Source: Octopus sinensis (taxonomy: Eukaryota). From it: a DNA stretch of 64,000 nt. Both the position numbers and the translations under genes were made by a program. Positions 10,265 to 22,517 of this stretch are shown one piece after another (the stretch's first letter is position 1; each line of letters opens with the position of its first letter). Under the pieces are notes generated by a model. The model was not told the origin of the DNA and made no database searches. It saw only the letters and a list, made by a program, of their open reading frames with translations. The stretch lies in the NCBI RefSeq assembly GCF_006345805.1, contig NC_043002.1, positions 79,050,001 to 79,114,000 of the forward strand. The letters are read 5' to 3'.

Positions 10265-12262
10265 ACACGGCTGTCCCTCATCCCAGGGTCTCAGAGGCCC
10301 ACACCTCCCACACCCTCAGAGTTGGCACATTGAAAGGTAGGTCGGGAGAGATTGTAGAGCTGCTTGAACGGAGACGTGTGGATTTATGCTGCATCCAGGA
10401 AGTAAGGTGGAGAGGAGGTTCCGCAGGCAAGGACCACAGGTACAAGATTTTCTGGGCAGGGAACACTGACGAGGTTGGGGGCGTGGGTATACTTCTTGTG
10501 GAGAAATGGGTAGATAAGGTAATCGAGGTAGTCAGAGTAAGTGACAAAGTAATTAAAATTAGATTAGTCCTTTACCATAGGTCAGCTACCATCATCTCGG
10601 CATATGCCCCTCAACCAGGGCTACCGGAAGGACAAAAAGACCAATTCTATGACACCCTATTGCGGACTACCTCGTTGACAAATGACAGTGACCTTCTCTT
10701 CGTGGCAGGTGATTTCAATGGACATGTTGGACAGCATGTCGGGGGCTTCCATGGCGTTCATGGAGGCTACGGTTTTGGCTCTCGTAATGAGGAGGGAACC
10801 AGCTGCTGGAGTTCTGCGATGCAAATGACCTTATGGTCTGCAATACCAACTTCAGGAAACCCCCCTCCACCTACCGTTCTGGCAGACACACTAGCCAGAT
10901 TGACTACATCCTTGCCAGAAAAAGGGAAAGAGGGCTGCTTATAAATGCCAAAACTTTCCAGGCGAAGAATGTACTCCTCAACATAGATTAGTAGTTAGCG
11001 ACTTCAGGATCAGAGCTAAATGGTTGCCCAGAAGACCAGCTTGGAGGAGAAGGGTCTGGAAGCTTAAATCCTGCAAATGGACAGAGATTTAGAGACATAC
11101 TACTCGAAGCCTTTGACGAAATAGAAGGGATATAGCTTCACTTAATGTGGAAGACAACTGGAGATTTCTACGGGACAATCTGCTGACAGCCACTGACCAG
11201 ATCTGTGGATGGAGCAAAGTACCATCTCGACCCAGAGTAACATGGTGGTGAACACTGTGGTTGACAGGGCTATTAGACAAAAGAGACAGGCTTGGAAGGA
11301 CTGGAAGAACGGTGGTAGCAGGGAATTATATCAGACAGCCAGAAGGGAAGCTAGGAGACAGTTTTATTTAGCCAGAGGGAAGCGGATAAGAAAGAATTTG
11401 CCAATGTTCTGGGCCGTGAGGATGTAAGACTTGAGGTATTTCGTGTTGCAAGACAGTGTGTGAGAGAGAATCGTGATGTGGTAGGAGAAAGTGTGTTCGC
11501 ATGGATGATGGTTCACTTGCGCTAAATGAGGATGCAAAGAGAGAGGTTTGGAGATGCCACTATGAAAGGTTGCTGAATAAAGAAAATGAATGGGATAAAG
11601 AGAGTCTGCCGAATGTCAACCCAACAGAGGGACCAGCCATCCGAGTTGAAAATTCTTTGGTAGTTAAAGCAATTAGAAGCATGAAGACAGGGAAAGCCCC
11701 AGGCCCATCAGGAATTACTGCAGAGATGCTCAAAATATCTGGCAGTGTCGGCTATAACCTAGTCACCCATATAGTCAACCAGGTGATACACGAAGGAGTC
11801 ATACCCAATGACTGGTGTAGCAGCATACTAGTCAACTGCTACAAAGGTAAAGGTGATGCCCTAGATACAAATAATTACAGAGGTATCAAGCTGTTGGATC
11901 AGGTAATGAAGGTTACGGAGAGGGTCATAGCCCAACTAATTAGAGAGAGAGTTAGTTTAGATGAGATGCAGTTTGGGTTCGTGCCAGGGAAAAGTACCAC
12001 TGATGCATATTCCTGGTAAGGCAGCTGCAGGAGAATACCTAGCCAAAGATAAGCCCCTGTACCTGGCTTTCGTTGACATGGAGAAAGCCTTTGATAGGGT
12101 CCCCCGATCCCCTTATCTGGTGGTCAATGAGGAAACTAGGGATAGATGAATGGCTGGTGAGGGCTGTGCAAGCCATGTACAGAGAGATGCCGTAAGTAAG
12201 GTTAGGGTTGGCAACATGTACACAGAAGAATTCAAAGTAGAGGTTGGGGTCCACCAGGGTTC
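10265..12262 (+). mobile_element. RTE-clade LINE (APE endonuclease plus RT), frameshifted, cut by an assembly gap
   Basis: LCCIQEVRWRG, SAYAPQ and GDFNGHVG (APE); KAPGPSG, NYRGIKLL, QFGFVPGKSTTDA, AFVDMEKAFDRVPR and VGVHQG (RT). Confidence 0.95.
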
Positions 12263-12362
12263 NNNNNNNNNNNNNNNNNNNNNNNNNNNNNNNNNNNNNN
12301 NNNNNNNNNNNNNNNNNNNNNNNNNNNNNNNNNNNNNNNNNNNNNNNNNNNNNNNNNNNNNN
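12263..12362. other. Assembly gap (100 N)
   Basis: Run of N. Confidence 1.
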
Positions 12363-12789
12363 ATTTATGCATTTATACATATAGACGCAGGCGTGGCTGT
12401 GGGATAAGAAGCTTGCTTCCCAAACACATGGTTCCATTTTCAGTCCCACTGCCTGGCACCTTGGTCTCGCGTCTTCTACTATTAGCCTCGTGTCGACGAA
12501 TGCCTTGAGTGGATTTCGTAGACGGAAACTGAAAGAAACCCCGTGATATATGTATACAAATATATTTGTATATATCTTTTTGTGTAAGTTTGAAACTGGG
12601 ATTGAATGTGGTACTTGCTATTTCTAGCAATGTAGGTACTACCCAGCACCCTCAGTCAAAATTAGGGATGATTGAATTTTACGTTTTTGGTTTTGAATTG
12701 TGAATAACTGCCTGAGTTATTTTGTAATTTCCTCATTAACATTTCACTAAATCAGCCATAAATTTAAATGGTAAATATATATATATATA

Positions 12790-12884
12790 TATACTGACAG
12801 TCTGGATTTAGCTAAACAATTCGGCGATGGAGTAGTCACTACTGATAAGGCGAAACTAGTCTAATCCGGTGATCTGTCAGTATA
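12790..12884. repeat. ~95-bp mini foldback element in (TA)n
   Basis: TATACTGACAG..CTGGATTTAG ... CTAATCCGG..CTGTCAGTATA inverted ends. Confidence 0.6.
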
Positions 12885-12987
12885 TAAAAATGTGTATCCT
12901 TGCAGTTCTAAGGTTCTAACTCTTATTTCTAGAGATAAAGTGCTACCCAAACCATCAGTCGCAATTTGTGACGGTTGAGCTTGTAAT

Positions 12988-13020
<33 letters not shown>

Positions 13021-13060
13021 TATATTATATATATATATATAATATATATATATACATATA

Positions 13061-13462
13061 TCGTGGCACTATGTCGGTTATGACGACGTGGTTCCAGTTG
13101 ATCCGGTCAACAAGACAGCCTGCTCGTGAAATTAACGTGCAAGTGGCTGAGCACTCCACAGACACGAGTAATTTAACGTAGTTCTCTGGGAGATTCATGA
13201 CACAGAGTGACACAGAGTGTGACACAGAGTGTGACAAAACAGGCCCTTTGAAATACAGGTACAACAGAAACAGGAAGAAAGAGTGAGAGAAATTTACGGG
13301 GAAAGAGTAAAGCAGGGTTCGCCACCCCGAGCCCCTGCCGAAACCTCCTGAAACTTTAGGCGTTTTTGTTCAATAAATACTCACAATGCCCTGTCTGGGA
13401 ATCGAAACCGCGATTCTACGACCGCGCGTCGGCTACCCTAACCACTGGGCCATTGCGCCTCC
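13061..13462 (-). mobile_element. tRNA-derived SINE (family F)
   Basis: Minus-strand head GGCGCAATGGCCCAGTGGTTAGG (A box) ... GGTTTCGATTCC (B box); 3' part also at 18233-18437. Confidence 0.8.
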
Positions 13463-13552
13463 ATACACACACACAAACCCACACGCACACATACCTACAT
13501 GCTCATGCATACACATATACAGACAGATATATATTATATATATATATATTAT

Positions 13553-13581
<29 letters not shown>

Positions 13582-13583
<2 letters not shown>

Positions 13584-13809
13584 TAAGTTAGAGATAAAAC
13601 CACTATTAGGCAAATCATACAATGAAAAATTTAAGCCAATACATAAGATTAATTAATTTATATTATTTTAAATATATATCAAAATTATTAAAAAAAGATA
13701 ATGAGTATAACACAATAATTTTGATATATATTTAAAATAATATAAATTAGTATTGGCTTAAATTTTCATTGTATGATTTGCCTAATAGTGGTTTTATCTC
13801 TAACTTAAT
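13582..13809. repeat. AT-rich near-perfect foldback (~228 bp)
   Basis: ATTAAGTTAGAGATAAAACCACTATTAGGCAAATCATACAATGAAAA(A)TTTAAGCCAATA and its reverse complement at the other end; inner arms also pair. Confidence 0.9.
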
Positions 13810-13895
13810 GTAATATAATATTTTACTATAAAATTGGATTCAATCCTAAATCTGATTTTTCCCTGTAAGTTTGGATTTATTCCCTAATATTTTAT

Positions 13896-13934
<39 letters not shown>

Positions 13935-13950
13935 GCATACATGTATATGA

Positions 13951-14009
<59 letters not shown>

Positions 14010-14344
14010 GCACGACAACCCCCGGCTTCAACCAATATCCTCAGGGTACCGATGCTTTGAGTGTGAATTTGGCAGTCGGTAATTGTGCGTTAGCCCGTTG
14101 ATTACGTGTGTTTGTGTGTATGTGCGCGATTTTGCTTTTGTTCTTGTCTTCCATCACTGCTTGACAACGGGTGCAGGTTTGTTTATTTCCCAGCAACATA
14201 GGGGTTCGCCAAAAGGAGTCGATTGAATAAGTCCCAGATTTAAGAAAAGAATGTCTACTAGGTTCGATTTGTTAAACCAAATTCTTCAAGACTGTGCACC
14301 AGCATGACCGCGGTCCAATGACTGAAAGAAGAAAAACATCAAAG

Positions 14345-14632
14345 ATACACACAGACACTCACACACACACAGACGCAAACCTGCACACGCACATACACAC
14401 ACACAAACATTTTCGCGTATATTTGTGTTGGTTTGTCTTTCCCCTGTGTGTGTATGTATATATATATGTGTGTGTGTGTGTATGTTTGTGTGTGTGTGTG
14501 TGTGTGTGTCTGTTTGTTTGTGTGTGTGTGTCTGTTTGTTTGTGTGTGTGTGTGTGTGTGTTTGTGTGTGTATGTATATATATGTGTGTGTGTGTGTCTG
14601 TTTGTTTGTGTGTGTGTCTGTTTGTTTGTGTG

Positions 14633-14697
<65 letters not shown>
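14345..14697. repeat. (CA)n/(TG)n microsatellite with TTTG interruptions
   Basis: Directly visible. Confidence 0.95.
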
Positions 14698-14699
14698 AG

Positions 14700-14998
14700 T
14701 GTTACGTGAGATGTACAGAACTGAATATTGAAAGTCGTTAGAATTTTGGAAAGAATTTATTTATTATATCTTCATTTTCATATTGGCGCTTTCGTTCGTC
14801 TTTTCAATAAGATCGGTACCCACTACACATATCTTTTTCTCTCCTTGTTTCTCTCCTTGTTTTTTTTCTGTGTCCCTTTCTGTAGAAGAGCGTGGGCTCG
14901 AAACGTAAAAGACTTTTTCAATTCCTGAGCATTATACTAATAATCTGTTTGTTTTCTACACCACCTGTCTTCGTCTTTTGTTTTTGTCGTGAATTTCC

Positions 14999-15000
<2 letters not shown>
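14700..15000 (+). mobile_element. Penelope-type short repeat, second family, with a hammerhead-like motif at 14876-14911
   Basis: CTTT-CTGTAGA-AGAGCGTGGGCTC-GAAACGTA-AAAG, followed by a TTCCTGAGC..TAATA tail and (TA)n. Confidence 0.65.
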
Positions 15001-15042
<42 letters not shown>

Positions 15043-15071
15043 TATATATTTTATATATATATATATATTAT

Positions 15072-15124
<53 letters not shown>

Positions 15125-15520
15125 ATGTATGTATATATAACATGTATACATATCATAAAAGCTATATTTCTGTCATATCTGGCGAAACGAAAGCAAACTT
15201 CCGGTTCACCTAGAAGCAAACATAAATGTTTTATATCAACGTCTGCAATTGGAAAATATTAACGCTGTTGTATACAGATTTCTACATTTCTAGTATTAAA
15301 ATTAGAACTTTATATTGCCATCTAATTTACGCATAGAAGAATGTTTATCATCGACGAGATCACTTAAAATCCGTTAGTTTAGAAATAAAATCCCTTGTAA
15401 TGATGGTTCTGCACGGAATTACAGACACCTCCAAGATATTTTTGCTGTCAGAAATGCAATAAGACAGTAATTAGCTAATTATAAATCTATAACTAACTAC
15501 ACTAATAGTGATTTAGAATT

Positions 15521-15661
15521 TTGGTTCAACTGGTACTTATTGTATCAAGCCTAAAAGGACGAAAGTCGACTTAGGCGGAATTTGAACTCAGAACATAACG
15601 GCAGAAGAAATATTGCTAAGCATTTCGCCCGGCGTGCCAACGTTTCTGCCAGCACGCCGCC
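15521..15661 (-). mobile_element. SINE family B (Meta-like domain)
   Basis: Reverse complement of GGCGGCG.GCTGGCAGAAACGTT..GAGTTCAAATTCCGCC..GTCGAC..ATAAGTACCAGTTG; further copies at 35355-35565 and 42670-42838. Confidence 0.8.
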
Positions 15662-16799
15662 ATGTGGAGTAGTTCGGGATGATTGGTGAAACGACAGGTT
15701 AGATCAGTTTGCTTTCGAATCTCCTCTGAAGCAGAATCTTTTTTTTTTTTTTTTTGCATTGAGCTCCAGTTTTTGTTCGTGTACCCACCAAGTAAACCCT
15801 GAATGTTTAGAATTCATTCAACCTATGTCTGTTTCCATATTTGTTTTTAGAATTACGTATCCTGGACTACATTACACAATGTATCGATTTCTATGACATT
15901 AGAATGGGATTTGAGGGATATTTGGCTGTTAATACTAACCATTTTAGTAACCAGGTAGAAGCTCAGACTATTCCTTCCTTTCATCTGTGTGAACTTGAAG
16001 CAATATCAGAACACATATTTGTCAGAGCAGAACAACTTCTCAGGTTTTAGAAAGCAAATAAATGTGATTTAATGGCGTTTATACTTTTCAGAAAAATACA
16101 ATAGATTTATAAGACACAAGAAATTATGTTCCACTCAAGAACTGGAATTGAATTTCGGAATCAGGTGTTCGATTAAGGGATACATATTTCTATAGTAACA
16201 GTAATGTCAATTTAATCTACCAAAATATGTTTGGTACTAACTATTTTATTGACCCAGGGGGAATAAAAAAGACAAACAAAAAGAAGCAAAGTCGCCCAAA
16301 GTTGGATTTGAATTTAGAATATAGCGAAAGGAGATTAAAAACTACAAAAGAATTAGTCCAATGCTGTGCCATTTCTCCGCATGGTTTAATATTACAATAA
16401 ACTTGTTAACGGTGGAATGGTAAACTAACTGAATTCTTTTATTAGACTATCAAAGAAGATTTCGTTTAGCGGAAATGTGCCGTAACAGTTTTTCATGTTA
16501 AGAATTAAAGAAAGCGATGCATGCAGGCAATCTAATTTACAAATTTACCTATGCCTTGAAAGTCGGTAATGTTACGTACACAGATCAAACGCAAATAAAT
16601 AAGCATAAAGACAAGAAGTGGTACCTAAATGTTAGCAAAAGGGCATAGGGTTACTTCGTCATCTAGTGCTGCCGTTTGTCGATTTGTGCTCAATCGTTTC
16701 TGCTTTTGCTTATTTGTTTTAGACATACACACACACACACTTACACGTATAGAGGTATATACATATACGCATACACAAATACGTGCATACATTGATATT

Positions 16800-16807
16800 T
16801 AGATAGG

Positions 16808-16874
<67 letters not shown>

Positions 16875-16878
16875 ATAG

Positions 16879-16941
<63 letters not shown>

Positions 16942-17042
16942 CAGTGATATTTTAAGTATATATGATATAGATAGATGGACAGACAGACACACAAACAGAC
17001 AGACTAATAACTTTCTTTATTGGCCACACAGGGCTGATAGAC

Positions 17043-17116
<74 letters not shown>

Positions 17117-17300
17117 CTATACCGTGGTCTTTTACGTATATATGATATCGACAGACAGGCAGACAGATGAATAGATAGATGGATAGATAGATAGATTGAT
17201 AGACAGATAGATATAGCGTGGTCTTTTAGGTGTATATGATATCGACAGACAGACAGTCAGACAGACAGACAGACAGACATAAAGACAGACAGACAGACAT

Positions 17301-17372
<72 letters not shown>
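16800..17372. repeat. (GATA)n/(GACA)n compound microsatellite with recurring ~45-bp spacers
   Basis: Directly visible. Confidence 0.9.
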
Positions 17373-17373
<1 letters not shown>

Positions 17374-17703
17374 AACCGTCCACAAAATCTATGGTCGCCT
17401 TTAAACACAATAGAAGCTTATATATGCGTTGATTATTTTTATTACTATTATATTATCATCATCATCATCATCATCATATATATATATATATATATATATA
17501 AGTTTAATGCACAAATATATGTATTTAACTAATCCGGTGGTACTAACAAAAAAGGTCAGGCTGCAAGCAACATACTTAACCAATACAGTGGAGCGTAAAA
17601 TATAGTCTACGTAGTGGAAATTCAGTAATTCCAATTAGTAATGACTTTTTTCATAACTCTTGACTGACTATTTGTTTTACTATATTATATATATATTATA
17701 TAT

Positions 17704-17739
<36 letters not shown>

Positions 17740-17751
17740 CATATCCATATA

Positions 17752-18115
17752 GGCACAGGAGTGGCTGCGTGACACCTTGGGCCAGTGTCTTCTACTATAA
17801 CCTCAGGCCGACCAAAGCCTTGTGAGTGGATTTGGTAGACGGATACTGAAACAAGCCCGTCGTATATATGTATATATATATCTATATATATATATGTATT
17901 TGTGCGTATATGTTTGTGTTTGTCCCCCCCAACATTGCCGATGTTGGTGTGTTAAAGTCTCCGTAACTTAGCGATTCGGCATAAGACACCGATAGAATAA
18001 GTACTAGGCTTATAAAAAGTAAGTCCTGGGGTCGGTTTGCTCGACTAAAGGCGGTGCTCCTGCATGGCCAAAGTCAAATGACTGAAACGAGTAAAAGAAT
18101 AAAAGAGTAAAGAGT
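17752..18115 (+). mobile_element. SINE family A, full length
   Basis: Head GGCACAGGAGTGGCTG, CORE-like CACCTTGGGCCAGTGTCTT, internal (TA)/(TG), tail GGCGGTGCTCC.GCATGGCC..GACTGAAAC.AGTAAAAG. Confidence 0.85.
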
Positions 18116-21100
18116 AGAACATATATTTGTATATATATATATATATGTGGGTGTGTGTGTGTGTGTATGTGTGTGTGTGTGTGTGTGAGTGAGTGTGTGT
18201 GTGTGTGTGTGTGCGTGTGTGTGTGTGTGTGTGTCATGGCACTCCGTCGGTTACGACGACCAGGGTTCCAGTTGACACGATCAACGGAACAACCTGCTCG
18301 TGAAATTAAAGTGCAAATGGCTGAGCATTTTACAGACACGTGTACCCTTAACGTAGTTCTCGGATGATTCAGTGTTAAACAGAATGTACAACAGAAACAG
18401 GAAGAAAGAGTGAGAGAAAGTTGTGGTGAAAGAGTACAAACTATTATTATTTTTTTTTTTTTGTCATAAACTACCAATCAAGTACTAGGCTGTTTTGTAT
18501 GGGCTAGAGCCTTTCTCTCAATTGCTAAACTCGTACCTAAACAAGAAACTATTCCTTTTTCGTCTTTTTTTTAATTCAGTGACTAGGCTGCGGCCTTACT
18601 GAAATACAGTATATGAAGGGTTTTATCGATCTAAGTACTTTCTCAGTTTGGTACTTTGTTTAGAAAGTTACAAGGTATAAAGATACACAGCATGAACACA
18701 CCACGGATATGAGTCAATATATACACAGGCCCGAATACAGAGATATACATATATATGTGTGTGCATGCATACGAATATATATGTATATACATATACATAT
18801 ATGCATATATAGATATACATATACATGCTCTGTTACTGTCTTGGAACTTTCTAAGAAGACGGCGTCAACAGCATTCGAAATCAAATAGTATAGATTTGAA
18901 ACTACGTGCACTAATGCATTTAATCCAATACTTCATTATCCTCCCTATTTACACTACCCACATATACGACTAATTAAGCACAGTAATTATACAGCTGACG
19001 AATTACTACAGCTTCCTATCAATAAATGTAACAATTTTTCATGGGAGGTTGTTATCAGTTATGCAAATCTAAAGCTTAAGTTATCCTTTCTTCTCTTTTA
19101 TTTTGTAAAACAAATTTACAAGCTTAGTTTTGATGGGTAAAAGATAGGTATATGGCTGCTAAACCGAAACATTACCAGCTTTGATAGGCTCAATTTGCTT
19201 TACGGACTATAAAACTTCTGCTGTATCTGTAACGTGAAATATGCTTGGTATTTCAGCCATACTCATTAAATACTTATTCCTTGTAGTTATGGATTTGCGT
19301 TTTTTCTGGAGCTTTTACTACTTATCGGAGCTTTCTTTCTCCCAAACCCCGCTATCGTGAAATATCTCAGTTATATAAATAAACAACAAATTCTATAGAG
19401 TTTTATAGTTATTCGCTGTTTGTGTTTTAAGATAATTATTCTTTGGTTTATGGAGCAACAAATTGCTTGGAAGAATAACTAATGTATGTGTGGGTGGAGA
19501 GCCCGTATGTAGTGGCTTGAACTTATAGGGATAGTAGTTAGATATTTCTCAAATCGCACACTACTGTTTTATACAAGAGAATGATACATTGATAAAAGAA
19601 GTGCAAGACAAATCTCTACAAAGACAGAACGGATCAGTAGCGATTGAGAGCTAAACAAGAACTTTTGAAAAAAAGACTATATAATGATACCATTATTATG
19701 ATAATGCTGGTATCTAAAGATACTAATATTATCATAATATATAGAGATATTACTGCTACCTAAAGATGTAAGTAATGTCTGTACAATATGATAATGTTTT
19801 TATTTAAAATAATATCATGAATAATCAGTGTTTCAGATCCTGATAGATTTTTATTGCTTATTGTTTCACTTTTTGTATGGTTTTTCTGCTTCAGTTTGTA
19901 AAACAAAAACAACGCGCTGTAGAATTAGAAAATTATTGTTTGAAGCAATTACGCAAGACACTTAATGGCTAAACACAAGCACGCACACACAAACACAAAA
20001 CCAATGTACACCCTATAAACTTCTACCATAAATTCTTTATCTATTGAACAAAAGAAACCAGGAGATTAATTTCTTAATTATGGCATACGTTAGAATAATT
20101 TAACAATGTGTCTATTAAACTTGTGCGGTAGAGACTGAACTATTGAGTTTATTATATATAAGAGTAATTTATCTAGTAAGCCATTATGCGCGTTCCATAT
20201 CTGTGAAACTTGCTATATTACAACATTAATCAGTCCATAAAAATTATGCAAGAGACAGTTAGATATAGATTTTCTTTTCAGCTTGCCTCATGTTCAGTTT
20301 CCCAGCAGAATATATTCATTTGACTCAAATTTATTAAAACAGGATGCTTTTTCATAACCTCTTTGATCCATTGGAATCATAAAATTAATCGTTAATTATA
20401 TATTTTTAATAACACGGAATCAAACGTGTAAGAGATTAATTAATCTCATTAGATCATAAATATTATCCACTTGTTTAATTATTAACCATTCAGAATAGAT
20501 GGGCAGCGTTTATGGCCGCTGCAAATAATCCAACTCCAGACTGTGGCAATCCATTAGAAGAGACTTTTAACTCATATAACATTACAAGAAAGTCTTGCTT
20601 GTCTCCATGAATCAAAGAAAATAGTCATTTTGTGATAGAAAACAACTCTAAAGTGAAATTATTGATTGAACAGAAATAATCATAATCAGTTCTTATGCTT
20701 CAATGGCGAAAGAAACCAAAGAAAACTTATGGACTCAGCGAGAGAGAATATCTCGAATTGATCTGATATCGTAGTTTCATAAGATACCATATTGTACATG
20801 AAATAAAATTATTCTGCCTATAAAAGCAACGCGATATACACAGCGGGTTCGAAACCCAACGGCAACATGACTAAGTAATCCAGTGCATTAACCACTTGAC
20901 CACGTCATACACTTCACCTTTAATTCTTACGAATTACATGTTCTTTTTTTGTTGTCATTTAGTCCCATATCAACACTGATTGAAAGAATGAACTATCAAA
21001 TGCTTCGAGCCGTGACATTCCTGTTTTAGCTTTGTAAGTCTTGGACTCTACCAATGACTCCCAAACTGTTTCTAGCTGCTGCCCTCTTGGCACCCAGGCC

Positions 21101-22020
21101 ACATTCCTGGTGCCCCGCCATTCACCACCACAAACATAGACGACTCTCCGCATCAAATTCAAAACAACAGTACTTCACAAGTATAGCTTAAGCTAATTAA
21201 CCCATCATTTTATTGTTTTTACATATAACGCCCCCTATTGGCCGCCCCATTATCGACCCCACTTTCCTTTAGCGCCCCAGTGGATCTTTTTAATGCCCCT
21301 AAAGGAGCAGTACCGACCACTTTGTGAACCACTGAGCTATACAGTCCCGTATGTCTTGTAGTTTTTTTTTTAATATGGCTAAATGTGTTTTAATCGAAGT
21401 ACATTTGGTTATTTCTAGCAATGCGAAGTGACCATACAACTCAATTGCTGCTTTTGACTAGTACATTGAAAGCAGCAGATAAACTTGGCGTCACACTATA
21501 CTTTGAAAAATGTAAGGTTCCAATGATGTTACACTTTGAACGAGAAAAGAATCTAAACCTTTTTACAGTCCCAGGTGGATTGGTATTAGAAGGATTAAAT
21601 AACTCAATTGGAAAACAAATCATTACTACGCACTCTATTCCCAAGGAACTTACATTAGATCTATAAGGTAAGGCGGGAGATTCATGCACTGAAAGGCGTA
21701 CAGAAAATAAACAAATAAATGATGATTAATTTAAATTTACTGCATTGGTAGAGAACGGAAAAAGCAAAGCTAGCCGTCAGCTGATGGCGACTGTCAAATA
21801 TTCAAAGTAAAGGGTGCTAGGGTTATAATTTCACGAAATTTATAATCTCTCAAAGTTAAGTTACATACTGATGTCTGCCAGAAATTACACACACTGCTCT
21901 GATGATGATGGTGATGATGATGATAATGAAGATGACGACATACACCTGTGGGACGACATTTGGCCCATCACATTTCATTAGGTAAAGGTAACAAATGTGG
22001 TGCATATGTGTGTACGTTAA

Positions 22021-22079
<59 letters not shown>

Positions 22080-22104
22080 TTATTTATCTATCTATCTATA
22101 TATA

Positions 22105-22511
22105 GGCGCAGTAGTGGCTGTGTGGTAAGTAGCTTGCTAACCAACCACATGGTTCCGGGTTCAGACCCACTGCGTGGCATCTTGGCAAGTGTTTTCTGCT
22201 ATAGCCCCGGGCCAAACAATGCCTTGTGAGTGGATTTGGTAGACGGAAACTGAAAGAAGCCTGTCGTATATATGTATATATATATATGGTATTTGTATGG
22301 TGTGTGTTTGTGTGTCTGTCCCCCTAGCATTGCTTGACAACCGATGCTGGCGTGTTTACGTCCCCGTCACTTAGCGTTCGGCAAAAGAGACCGATAGAAT
22401 AAGTACTGGGCTACAAAGAATAAGTCCCGGGGTTGATTTGCTCGACTAAAGGCGGTGCTCCGCATGCCGCAGTCAAATGACTGAAACAAGTAAAAGAGTA
22501 AAGAGTAAGAG
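22105..22511 (+). mobile_element. SINE family A, full length
   Basis: GGCGCAGTAGTGGCTGTGTGGTAAG..GGTTCCGGGTTCAGACCC..CATCTTGGCAAGTG..GGCGGTGCTCCGCATGCCGCAGTCAAATGACTGAAACAAGTAAAAGAG. Confidence 0.9.
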
Positions 22512-22517
22512 TATATA

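Noticed and set aside
13410-13462. tRNA genes at SINE heads (also 26367, 37933, 48686)
   Set aside because: A and B boxes are present, but the acceptor stems are incomplete and the sequences continue into SINE bodies.
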